A model generated the notes under the pieces. It ran no database searches, was not told the origin of the DNA, and saw only the letters and a program-made list of their open reading frames with translations. 32,000 nt of DNA, from sequence record CP138594.1. The stretch is one strand, 5' to 3'. Of this stretch, positions 1 through 8,678 are shown piece by piece; the first letter of the stretch is position 1, and each line of letters opens with the position of its first letter. Made by a program: the position numbers and the translations under genes.

Positions 1-42
1 CCCTGATATTTATATGATAAATAGTAAAACATTTAATTTATA

Positions 43-114
43 GCCCAAGTAGTTCAATGGTTAGAACGTTAATTTCATGCATTAATAATGGGAATTCGAA
101 TTTCCCCTTCGGCT
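43..114 (+). tRNA. trnM: tRNA with anticodon CAU (one of three; elongator Met or lysidine-Ile, not resolvable by eye)
   Basis: Cloverleaf by eye: acceptor gcccaag/cttcggc (1 mismatch), D stem gttc/gaac, anticodon stem ttaat/attaa with loop ttCATgc, T arm gggaa-ttcgaat-ttccc. Confidence 0.85.
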
Positions 115-182
115 CGTCTATAATAACACGCTTAATACTTTATATCTAATATACCTAAACTTTCAATATTATAACATAACAT

Positions 183-220
183 AATATAATTTTTTTAGTA
201 CACTAAAAAAAAATTATATT
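183..220. repeat. AT-only hairpin (about 16 bp stem, 4-nt loop) in the trnM-trnV spacer
   Basis: aatataattttttt-ag / taca / ct-aaaaaaaaa-ttatatt. The arms are reverse complements apart from a 2-nt A bulge (T7 against A9). Confidence 0.7.
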
Positions 221-282
221 AAAAGGTAATAGAAATAAATTCGGTATTTATAAAACAGCACTATTGTTATTTTTATACTTTA

Positions 283-355
283 AAGGGATTAGCTTAATTG
301 GTAGAGCAACCGTTTTACACACGGTAGGTTAGGTGTTCAAATCACCTATTCCTTA
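283..355 (+). tRNA. trnV: tRNA-Val (UAC)
   Basis: Acceptor aagggat/attcctt (one G-U), D stem gctt/gagc, anticodon stem accgt/acggt with loop ttTACac, T arm aggtg-ttcaaat-cacct. Confidence 0.9.
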
Positions 356-414
356 TAATTATATGTATATAATAAGATATAGTTTTATAACCATATAAGA
401 AAAGTAAATAACAA

Positions 415-684
415 ATGAGTTTATCATTAATACTATTTTTAATAGGAGTTTTAGGTTTTGTTTTAAACAGAAAAAATATTATACTAATGCTTATATCTAT
501 TGAAATTATGTTATTAGCTATTACGTTTATGATATTAGTGAGTTCACTTAACTTTGATGATATCTTAGGACAAGTTTATGCAATATATATTATAGCAATA
601 GCTGGAGCAGAATCGGCAATAGGTTTAGGAATTTTAGTAGCATTCTATAGATTAAGAGGAAGCATTTCAATAGAATTTAAATAA
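415..684 (+). CDS. nad4L: NADH dehydrogenase subunit 4L
   Basis: Intact 89-aa ORF, ATG to TAA. Three hydrophobic helices and the ...[21 protein letters not shown]... C-terminus are typical of ND4L. The stop overlaps the nad5 ATG by 1 nt (TAATG), the usual fungal nad4L/nad5 arrangement. Confidence 0.95.
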   Translation: MSLSLILFLIGVLGFVLNRKNIILMLISIEIMLLAITFMILVSSLNFDDILGQVYAIYIIAIAGAESAIGLGILVAFYRLRGSISIEFK

Positions 685-3600
685 TGTATCTAGTTATGAT
701 TGCATTACCTTTATTAGGTTCAATAGCTTCTGGTTTTTTCGGTAGAAAAATAGGTGTAACAGGATCACATTTAATAGCATGTACTGCTGTATTAACAACG
801 ACATTTATTGCTATATTAGCATTTAATGAAGTTGGTTTAAATAATACACCTGTGTCTATTAACTTATTTAGATGAATAGATTCAGAGTCATTAGACGTAT
901 CTTGAAGTTTTCATTTTGATTCTTTAACTGTTTCTATGCTTATACCTGTGTTAGTGGTTTCTTCTTTAGTTCACATATATTCCATAGGATATATGAGTCA
1001 CGATCCACACAACCAAAGATTCTTTAGTTACTTGAGTTTATTTACATTTATGATGATAATACTTGTGACATCAAACAATTACTTGTTAATGTTTGTAGGT
1101 TGAGAAGGAGTTGGTGTGTGTTCATATTTATTAGTTAGTTTCTGATTCACTAGAATAGCAGCTAACCAAAGTTCTATCTCTGCTTTCTTAACTAATAGAG
1201 TAGGAGATTGTTTCTTAACTATAGGTATGTTTGCCATATTATGATCCTTTGGTAATATAGACTATGCCACAGTTTTTTCTATGGCACCTTTTGTCAGTGA
1301 AAATATTGTTATACTTATAGGTACTTGTTTATTAATTGGTGCTATGGCTAAAAGTTCTCAAATAGGTTTACATGTTTGACTTCCAATGGCGATGGAAGGC
1401 CCCACTCCTGTGTCAGCATTAATACACGCTGCTACTATGGTTACTGCTGGGGTATATTTACTTATGCGTAGTTCTCCTTTAATAGAGTACAGTAACACTG
1501 TATTACTTTTATGTTTATGAATAGGAGCTATTACTACTGTATTTAGTTCTCTTATAGGTTTATTTCAACAAGATATAAAGAAAGTTATTGCATATTCCAC
1601 AATGAGTCAATTGGCTCGAGAATATACTTCTCATTCAAGTATATTCAGGCATCAAACTATATGCGTAGAAGCTATATACTATATAGCCAATTCGCAGATA
1701 ACCAAAGCTCGTGATTATTTATACAAATATCACTATAATTTCAAGTTTTTTAATTCATCTATCATTATAAGATTACGCTCCAACATTCTATGTGAGTTAA
1801 TAAGATGAAAATTTGATATTATCAGTAAGTTAGTAGGAATCTCAGAGGCCATACGTTTGATATTAATCTTTATTAAATTAAAATTGATTGATTTAATACC
1901 TAAATTACCTTTCTTTAAACAACATTGCTTTATAAATAAAGTTACCATTTCACATAAGCTACCTTTATTAAATAGAAATACATTAATATTTAGTAGAAAC
2001 ATGTCTACATATACTGGAAATCCAAGTAATAAGAATAAAGATTCCAATGATATTGCATTTAAACAGTGATTAGCTGGATTAATTGATGGAGATGGTTACT
2101 TTTTACTGTCTAAAAATGGATATAATAGTTGTGAAATAACTATGGACACTAGAGATAAAAAAGTTTTATATTTAATACAACATAAATATGGAGGGTCTGT
2201 AAAACAAGTTTCTAATGCTAATGCATTTAAATACAAATTAAGAAATAGAGCAGGTTTAATAGCATTAATAAACGATATAAACGGATTAATTAGAAATCCT
2301 ACACGTTTATTACAAATTAATAAACTCTGTAATAAGTTTAATATAGAATTAAAATATGCAAATGATATTATATTTAACGACGGATGATTTAGTGGTTTTA
2401 TAGATAGTGATGGTTCAGTTTATTTTAATGAATCATCTGGTCAAGTATTTATTAGTATTACCCAAAAAAATAAATATTTACTGGAACCTCTAATACATAT
2501 ATATGGAGGAAGAGTAGATATATCTAGCCCTAAGATAGAATCATTTAAATATGTTGTATATAGAAAGGCTGAGTTGTTTAACTTAATAGATAATTATTTT
2601 AATAAATATCCTCTAAGAACAGAAAAAATGAAAAGAGTAAACTTAATAAAACAATTTTATTTATCTAGGGTATCTAAAAATAACAGCGATGTTGTAAAGT
2701 TTAATGAGTGAATTAAATTTAAAGATAAGTGGGAAAAGTATGAAGATTAATAAAGAAATGGTCCACATTACGTCATATTACTTATGATAGTAATTTAGCA
2801 ATTGGGAATGATGGTTATAGCAGTTGGTTTATCTTCATATAATGTAGCATTATTCCACTTAGTAAACCATGCTTTCTATAAAGGTCTTTTATTCTTAGGA
2901 GCTGGTGCAGTTATACACGCTGTAGCAGATAACCAAGATTTCAGAAAATATGGAGGTTTAAAAGCTTTCTTACCTTTAACATACTCAGTTATGTTAATAG
3001 CTTCATTAAGTTTAGTTGCATTCCCGTTCATGACAGGTTTTTACTCTAAAGATTTTATTTTAGAATCTGCATATGGTCAATATTCTTTCTCTAGTACAGT
3101 AGTTTACTTTATAGCTGTTATAGGTGCTATGTTTACTACTTTATACTCAGTTAAAGTTTTATATCTTACTTTCTTAGCTGAGCCTAATGGACCTTTAAGT
3201 AGTTACAAACATGCTCATGAAGGAGATATATTTATGAGTACACCATTAATTATATTAGCTGTTTTCTCTATATTCTTTGGTTATATAACTAAAGATATGT
3301 TTATAGGATTAGGTTCTCATTTCTTCTCTGATAATGCTTTATTTATACATCCTTCTCATGAAATTATGTTAGACACAGAATTTGCAGTTCCTACAATATT
3401 TAAAATACTTCCTTTAATATTAACAATATCTTTAAGTATTATAGCTATTGTTATTTCTGAATACCTTCCTAAAACTTTAATACAATTTAAATTAACTAGA
3501 TTAGGTTATAATATATTCGGTTACTTTAACCAACGTTTCCTTATTGAAATGTTCTATAACAAATATATAACAGATTTAGTGTTAAAATTAGGTGGTCAAA

Positions 3601-3851
3601 CAACTAAAGTTATAGATAAAGGATCTATAGAATTAATTGGACCATTTGGATTAGAAAAAGGATTAACAACATTAAGTAGAAATATATCTAAATTGGACAC
3701 AGGAGTTATTACATCATATGCATTATACATATTAGTAGGTTTAACTTTCTTTATATTAATACCTTACCTATGTACTATAGATAATAACTTATTAATACTA
3801 ATAGTATTTGGACTATTGTCTCTTACAAATAGTGTAAAGTCACGTAGTTAA
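684..3851 (+). CDS. nad5: NADH dehydrogenase subunit 5, two exons: 684..1613 and 2805..3851
   Basis: Under code 4 exon 1 reads through several in-frame TGA codons: ...[21 protein letters not shown]..., ...[28 protein letters not shown]..., ...[12 protein letters not shown]. Exon 2 continues [34 protein letters not shown]... to TAA at 3849. The junction is ambiguous by 1-2 nt because caattgg occurs at both splice sites. The spliced product is about 658 aa. Confidence 0.93.
1614..2750 (+). CDS. Intron-encoded double-motif LAGLIDADG homing endonuclease, in frame with nad5 exon 1
   Basis: The frame stays open from exon 1 to TAA at 2748..2750 under code 4 (TGA at 1806, 2067, 2385, 2706). Motifs are [12 protein letters not shown] (about 2067..2102) and [12 protein letters not shown] (about 2385..2420). 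Confidence 0.88.
1614..2804 (+). mobile_element. Group I intron in nad5 (about 1.19 kb)
   Basis: It interrupts the conserved STMSQLG|MM motif. An R-like core element tcagaggccata lies at 1842..1853 and an S-like element aagaaatggtcc at 2753..2764. The intron ends in G. It carries a LAGLIDADG ORF. Confidence 0.85.
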
Positions 3852-3945
3852 TAATAATAAAAAAAAATTTTTTATCTTCACTCTTTAACGAATATTAATC
3901 ATTTATCATACTGTTTAATAAAGACAAATATTAATTAATTTATTT

Positions 3946-4569
3946 ATGTCTTTATATTTATTAAATGAAACCATGACTAATGGTTTAAGTTATAGTTTTG
4001 TAAATGTAATATCTATTTTATCTGTACTATGCGGTATACTTGTTATAATAAGTAAAAATCCTATAGTATCAGTGTTATATTTAATAGGTTTATTTCTTAC
4101 TATAGCAGGTTATTTAATGATGTTAGGTATGAATTTTATTGGACTATCTTATTTATTAGTTTATGTAGGAGCAGTTTCTATATTATTTTTATTCATATTA
4201 ATGTTAATAAATGTTAGAATATCTGAACTTACAAGTGATAGTAGTAATAGTATACCTTTAGCTATATCAATTGGAGTTTTATATTATGTAACTTTATTTG
4301 ATTTAGTACCATCTAACACAGTAAATGCTGACTTAGTATATCTAGAAAAATTCCCTAGTGATAGATCTCCATATTTCCTTGATAATAGTGACATGTCTTT
4401 TGTTACTTCTCAAGTATGAGACGGAGCACTTACAGAAATGACTCACATAACAAGTATTGGTAATGTTATATATACTAGTTACCCTATGTGACTTATATTA
4501 ACATCATTAATACTTTTATTAGCGATGGTGGGAGCAATAGTTATAACAATTAAACAAAAAGCTATATAA
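3946..4569 (+). CDS. nad6: NADH dehydrogenase subunit 6
   Basis: ATG at 3946. The ORF-track fragment stops at TGA 4417, but code 4 continues (WDGALTEMTHITSIGNVIYTSYPMWLILTSLILLLAMVGAIVITIKQKAI) to TAA at 4567..4569, giving 207 aa. The hydrophobic ND6-like profile includes ...GLSYLLVYVGAVSILFLFILML... Confidence 0.9.
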
Positions 4570-4599
4570 AAATACATGTGTATAATAAATTTATACATA

Positions 4600-4671
4600 G
4601 AGAGCTTAGCTTAATGGTAAAGCATATGACTTTTAATCATTATAATATGAGTTCGAATCTCATAGCTCTTA
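4600..4671 (+). tRNA. trnK: tRNA-Lys (UUU)
   Basis: Acceptor gagagct/agctctt, D stem gctt/aagc, anticodon loop ctTTTaa, T arm atgag-ttcgaat-ctcat. Confidence 0.88.
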
Positions 4672-4672
4672 T

Positions 4673-4693
4673 TTGATCATAATTTATGATCAA
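4673..4693. repeat. Perfect 8-bp hairpin directly after trnK and about 90 nt upstream of rns
   Basis: ttgatcat-aattt-atgatcaa. Confidence 0.7.
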
Positions 4694-4782
4694 TAACAAA
4701 AATTGTAAATACAATAGTTATATGATAAAAACAAAAGTATATTATATAAAAATATGATATAAATGAGTTTTAAAGTTATATT

Positions 4783-6288
4783 ATATATTGAGTTTGATGA
4801 TGGCTCTGATTGAACGCTGTCCAAAGGCTTGACACATGCTAATCGTACGTTGTTTTGTATTTATTTATATGAAGCAAAGTGGTGTAAAGGTGAGTATAGT
4901 ATATTTTTGGCTCCCTTAAAGCAAGGAACAAAAATTCCTTATAAAATATAATAGAAATAAATTAAATTTTTTATTATGAAAAGAAAAAATAAATTCGAAC
5001 GTCATTTTTTCGCTTTAAGATGCTCATTATATAATCAAGTAAGTAGTAGTTGAGGTAATTGCTTAACTAGCTTAAACTTGTAGTCAAAACTGAGAGGTTT
5101 ATTGACCACATTGGGCCCGAAAAAATCCCAATACGTGTAGTACAGCAGTGAGGAATATTGGTCAATGGCCTAACGGCTGAACCAGCAATTTGGGGGAATG
5201 TATATTGACTATGTCATATAAAGTTCTAGATAGATGATTGATGATGACAAATTTCTATCTATATGTCTTGACCAAATCTTGTGCCAGCAGTCGCGGCAAT
5301 ACAAGGAAGACTAGTGTTATTCATCTTTATTAGGTTTAAAGGGTACCTAGACGGCAAATTTAGCCCCAAAAGGGTACTAATATGCTAGAGTTTAATAGGA
5401 GAGGTAAATATTAGGGCTATTGGTGTAGTGATGAAATACTTTTATACTAATGGAACGGATAACGGCGAAGGCAACCCTCTATGTATAAACTGACGTTGAG
5501 GGACGAAGGCTTGGGGAGCGAATAGGATTAGATACCCTAGTAGTCCAGGCAGAAAATTATGAATGTTATATATTGAAAGAAAATTTGGTGTATAAATGAA
5601 AGTGTAAGCATTCCACCTCAAGAGTAATGTGGCAACGCAGGAACTGAAATCATTAGACCGTTTCTGAAACCAGTAGTGAAGTATGTTATTTAATTCGATG
5701 ATCCTCGAAAAACCTTACCACAATTTGAATATTATTTATATATACTAAGGTATTAATACCTATACGTATTATTTATATTACAGGCGTTGCACGGCTGTCT
5801 TCAGTTAATGTCGTGAGATATTGGTTAGATCCAAAAAATTAACGTATAACCCTATCTTTATTTATATCATAAAGAAATTCAAAACCAAATTTGGTTGCGA
5901 TCATAGGGACCAAGACAAGTCATCATGACCTTAATATTGTGGGCTATAGACGTGCCACATATGTTTGTACAAAGGGAGGCGATAATGTGAATTGGAGCTA
6001 ACCCCTAAAACAGAATATAATATGGATTGTAGTCTGTAATTCGACTACATGAAAAAGGAATTACTAGTAATCGTGAATCACCACATCACGGTGGATTTAA
6101 TCTCAGTCGGGTACTAACCACTCGTCAGGCGCTGAAAGGAGTATGTGCAATAAGTTTGGCTTATTGATAATTCATTTTGTTTAACAATTAGGTTATTCAG
6201 CTTTATCAAACGGTCTTCGTATGCGTGACTCTGATTAGTGTTAAGTCGAAATATGGTTCGTGTAGTGGAAATTGCACGGGATTTATTA
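4783..6288 (+). rRNA. rns: Small-subunit (12S/16S-like) mitochondrial rRNA
   Basis: The 5' end attgagtttgatgatggctctgattgaacgc aligns with bacterial AGAGTTTGATCATGGCTCAGATTGAACGC. The 530 loop gtgccagcagtcgcggcaatac lies at 5281..5302 and the 790 region ggattagataccctagtagtcc near 5525. The 3' end is aagtcgaaatatggttcgtgtagtggaaattgcacggg. Ends are approximate. Confidence 0.92.
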
Positions 6289-6320
6289 AACAACAACAAC
6301 ACAATAAACAAAAAAAAAAA

Positions 6321-6405
6321 AGAGAATTGGCTGAGTGGTCTAAGGCGATGAGCTTGAAACTCATTTGATTAAATAATCACATCCGTTCGAATCGGATATT
6401 CTCTG
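6321..6405 (+). tRNA. trnS: tRNA-Ser (UGA), class II with long variable arm
   Basis: Perfect acceptor agagaat/attctct, anticodon stem atgag/ctcat with loop ctTGAaa, T arm atccg-ttcgaat-cggat. Confidence 0.9.
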
Positions 6406-6414
6406 TATTATTTG

Positions 6415-6487
6415 CGGGTTAGAGCCGGATTGGTTAGGCGCCTTATTTGGGTTAAGGAGAAATTATGTTCGAGTCATAATAACCCGA
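6415..6487 (+). tRNA. trnP: tRNA-Pro (UGG)
   Basis: Acceptor cgggtta/taacccg, anticodon stem cctta/taagg with loop ttTGGgt, T arm ttatg-ttcgagt-cataa. Confidence 0.88.
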
Positions 6488-6535
6488 TTTAATTAATAAT
6501 TATTATATTTAATATATAGATCTTATTCTAATATT

Positions 6536-6606
6536 ACGGCTATAGGTTAATGGTAGACCGTTCGTCTTCCAAACGGAGTGTACCGATTCGAATTCGGTTG
6601 GCCGTA
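6536..6606 (+). tRNA. trnG: tRNA-Gly (UCC)
   Basis: Acceptor acggcta/tggccgt, D stem ggtt/gacc, anticodon loop ctTCCaa, T arm accga-ttcgaat-tcggt. Confidence 0.9.
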
Positions 6607-6625
6607 TATTTATTAATAAAAATTA

Positions 6626-6698
6626 GAGTCAATAACTTAATTGGTAAAGGACTTTCTTGTCGAGAAAGTAGATGTCGGATCGTAGCCGACTTGATTCG
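6626..6698 (+). tRNA. trnD: tRNA-Asp (GUC)
   Basis: Acceptor gagtcaa/ttgattc, anticodon stem ctttc/gaaag with loop ttGTCga, T arm gtcgg-atcgtag-ccgac. Confidence 0.88.
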
Positions 6699-6703
6699 TT
6701 AAA

Positions 6704-6784
6704 GGATAAGTCGCTATAGGTAGGGCAAGATATTTGCTAAATATTGTGTTTTTACACTTAATGGTTCAAATCCATTCTTTTCCG
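6704..6784 (+). tRNA. trnS: tRNA-Ser (GCU), class II
   Basis: Acceptor ggataag/cttttcc (1 mismatch), anticodon stem gatat/atatt with loop ttGCTaa, long variable arm, T arm aatgg-ttcaaat-ccatt. Confidence 0.82.
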
Positions 6785-6833
6785 TTAACATAAAAATAAA
6801 GTAACACATTTTAATAAAGATATATGTGTTTAA

Positions 6834-6905
6834 AAGAGTATAGTTTAATAGGTAAAACCGGAAGCTTCAAACTTCAAATTATCAGTTCAAATCTGAGTGC
6901 TCTTG
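6834..6905 (+). tRNA. trnW: tRNA-Trp (UCA), able to read both UGA and UGG
   Basis: Acceptor aagagta/tgctctt, D stem gttt/aaac, anticodon loop ctTCAaa, T loop ttcaaat. The UCA anticodon matches the many in-frame TGA codons in conserved genes. Confidence 0.88.
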
Positions 6906-6912
6906 AGTTAAA

Positions 6913-6984
6913 GGTTTCTTAACTTAATAGGTAAAGTGTATTTTTGATAAGAATATGTTCGACGTTCAAATCGTCGAGAAATCA
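6913..6984 (+). tRNA. trnI: tRNA-Ile (GAU)
   Basis: Acceptor ggtttct/agaaatc, D stem actt/aagt, anticodon loop ttGATaa, T arm cgacg-ttcaaat-cgtcg. Confidence 0.9.
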
Positions 6985-7000
6985 ATTACAATAAAAACAA

Positions 7001-7085
7001 AGGAGGGTTCCTTTATTGGTAAGAAGGGTTGAGCTGTAAACTCAATAGCTGTATGCTTTTAAGAGTTCGAATCTCTTGTCTCCTA
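7001..7085 (+). tRNA. trnY: tRNA-Tyr (GUA), class II-like long variable arm
   Basis: Acceptor aggaggg/gtctcct (1 mismatch), anticodon stem ttgag/ctcaa with loop ctGTAaa, T arm aagag-ttcgaat-ctctt. Confidence 0.85.
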
Positions 7086-7140
7086 TTATTTAAATATACT
7101 ACCTTAGTAATATATTATACATTTATACTTATTCTTAATA

Positions 7141-7211
7141 GCCTTTATAGCTCAATGGTAGAGCGGAATACTGTTAATATTCTGATATATGTTCGATTCA
7201 TGTTAAGGGCT
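7141..7211 (+). tRNA. trnN: tRNA-Asn (GUU)
   Basis: Acceptor gccttta/taagggc, D stem gctc/gagc, anticodon stem gaata/tattc with loop ctGTTaa. Confidence 0.88.
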
Positions 7212-7254
7212 TAATAATAATATTAATAGATTAAATATCTAATACATTAGTTCA

Positions 7255-7327
7255 AGCGTGTTAACTCAATTGGTAGAGTATTGTGCTACGGACACAAAGG
7301 ATGTAAGTTCGAGTCTTACACTCGTTT
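7255..7327 (+). tRNA. trnR: tRNA-Arg (ACG)
   Basis: D stem actc/gagt, anticodon stem ttgtg/cacaa with loop ctACGga, T arm gtaag-ttcgagt-cttac. The acceptor has one mismatch. Confidence 0.85.
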
Positions 7328-7331
7328 AAGA

Positions 7332-7403
7332 GGGACATGTTGTAAATGGTTTTACATTTCGATTGCAAATCGAACATATGGAGTTCGATTCTTCCTTGTC
7401 CCT
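7332..7403 (+). tRNA. trnC: tRNA-Cys (GCA)
   Basis: Acceptor gggacat/ttgtccc, D stem tgta/taca, anticodon stem ttcga/tcgaa with loop ttGCAaa. It starts only 4 nt after trnR. Confidence 0.85.
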
Positions 7404-7514
7404 TTGCTAATTATTTTTTTTTTAGCACTTTATTCCTTATAGTACCTTTACAATATTAATTAAAATAATTATATGACTATTATTGCTATCATTATACCTT
7501 ATTAATAATAAATT

Positions 7515-7661
7515 ATGCCACAATTAGTACCATTTTATTTCATAAATCAAGTAGTATTTGCATTTACAATAATAGTATTGTTAATATATGTTTTCTCAAA
7601 ATACATATTACCTAGATTTGTTCGTTTATTCTCTACTCGTTTATTTATTAGCAAATTGTAA
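7515..7661 (+). CDS. atp8: ATP synthase F0 subunit 8 (48 aa; too short for the ORF track)
   Basis: ATG at 7515 to TAA at 7659. The translation [48 protein letters not shown] has the canonical fungal Atp8 MPQLVPFYF start. It lies directly upstream of atp6. Confidence 0.93.
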   Translation: MPQLVPFYFINQVVFAFTIIVLLIYVFSKYILPRFVRLFSTRLFISKL

Positions 7662-7753
7662 TATAGTAAATATATATTAATATACAAATAACATTAACAT
7701 ATTGTATGTTAACAACCATTACATTAAATAAATATTATAAATTTAACATAGTC

Positions 7754-8533
7754 ATGAATTACTCACACTACCAAAATATAATGAGTCCACTGGACCAATT
7801 TGAAATAAGAAACCTGTTAAGTTTAGATGCTCCTATATTAGGAAACTTATCTATATCATTAACAAACATAGGTCTTTATCTTACAATAGCTGGATACTTA
7901 GTATTTGTATTAAATCTAATGTCTACAAACAATAATAAAATAATATCTAATGCCTGATCAATAGGGCAAGAAACAGTATACGCTACTGTACACAGTATAG
8001 TTGTTGGTCAAATAAACGAAAAAAGAGGTCAGGTATACTTCCCATTTATGTACGTATTATTTATGTTCATATTAATGAATAATTTAGTAGGTATGGTTCC
8101 TTATAGTTTCGCACCTACTAGTCACTTTATATTAACTTTCTCTTTAAGTTTCACAATCGTGTTAGGTGCTACTATATTAGGATTAAGCAGACATGGTCTT
8201 AAATTCTTCTCTCTTTTTGTACCTTCTGGTTGTCCTTTAGCATTACTACCTTTATTAGTTTTAATTGAATTTATTTCTTACTTAGCTAGAAATGTATCAT
8301 TAGGTTTAAGACTTGCAGCTAATATACTATCAGGTCACATGCTTTTAAATATATTAAGTGGATTTACATATAACATTATGAATTCAGGATTTATATTTAT
8401 GTTCTTAGGTTTATTCCCATTAGCATTTATAATAGCTTTCTCTGGGTTAGAGTTAGGTATAGCATTTATACAAGCTCAAGTTTTTGTAGTTTTATCTTGT
8501 TCTTACATTAAAGACGCATTAGAATTACACTAA
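7754..8533 (+). CDS. atp6: ATP synthase F0 subunit 6 (a-subunit)
   Basis: The frame is open from ATG 7706 to TAA at 8531, with one TGA=Trp at 7955. It contains the mature N-terminus SPLDQFEIRNLLSL and ...RNVSLGLRLAANILSGHMLL... In-frame ATGs lie at 7706, 7754 and 7781. I chose 7754 (259 aa) because it gives a typical length. The start is uncertain. Confidence 0.9.
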
Positions 8534-8678
8534 TAAGGGTTTTACGGGGTATATATATATATACTACCTTAAAAAAAAAAACAATATTTAATAAGTAAAA
8601 CCCCTTTTTTATGCCCACACATAATATTACGCTAGATCATAAAAAATAATATAAATTATTAATAAAATAAAAATTTAA

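Larger units (their letters stand above)
1..4781. repeat. First copy of the 4,781-bp segment that recurs at 27220..32000 (window overruns a 27,219-bp unit)
   Basis: ORFs at 415, 684, 1602, 1733, 1857, 2142, 2802 and 3946 reappear with identical proteins at exactly +27219. Spot-checked spacer and tRNA sequences also match. Positions 1-2 are the last 2 nt of tRNA-His (27148..27221). Confidence 0.9.

Noticed and set aside
362-381. The 12-mer ataataagatat, with similar flanks, occurs just after trnV (362..381) and just after trnL(UAG) (27033..27052). Yeast-promoter-like (A/T)TAATAAGTA strings occur at about 8586..8598 and 11110..11122.
   Set aside because: The matches are short and almost pure A/T. 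Similar strings also occur inside coding regions on the non-coding strand (for example near 12330, 13865 and 19130), so I cannot separate them from the compositional background without statistics or transcript mapping.
1733-2047. 104-aa minus-strand ORF (also 28952..29266), antisense to the nad5 intron ORF.
   Set aside because: It is low-complexity and AT-driven, has no recognisable motif, and lies fully inside a better-supported sense ORF. This is a typical chance antisense ORF in AT-rich DNA.
6114-6311. 65-aa minus-strand ORF.
   Set aside because: It lies entirely within the conserved 3' domain of rns and starts at a non-ATG codon.
7029-7214. 61-aa plus-strand ORF.
   Set aside because: It spans tRNA-Tyr, a spacer and tRNA-Asn, starts at TTG, and has no protein-like features.
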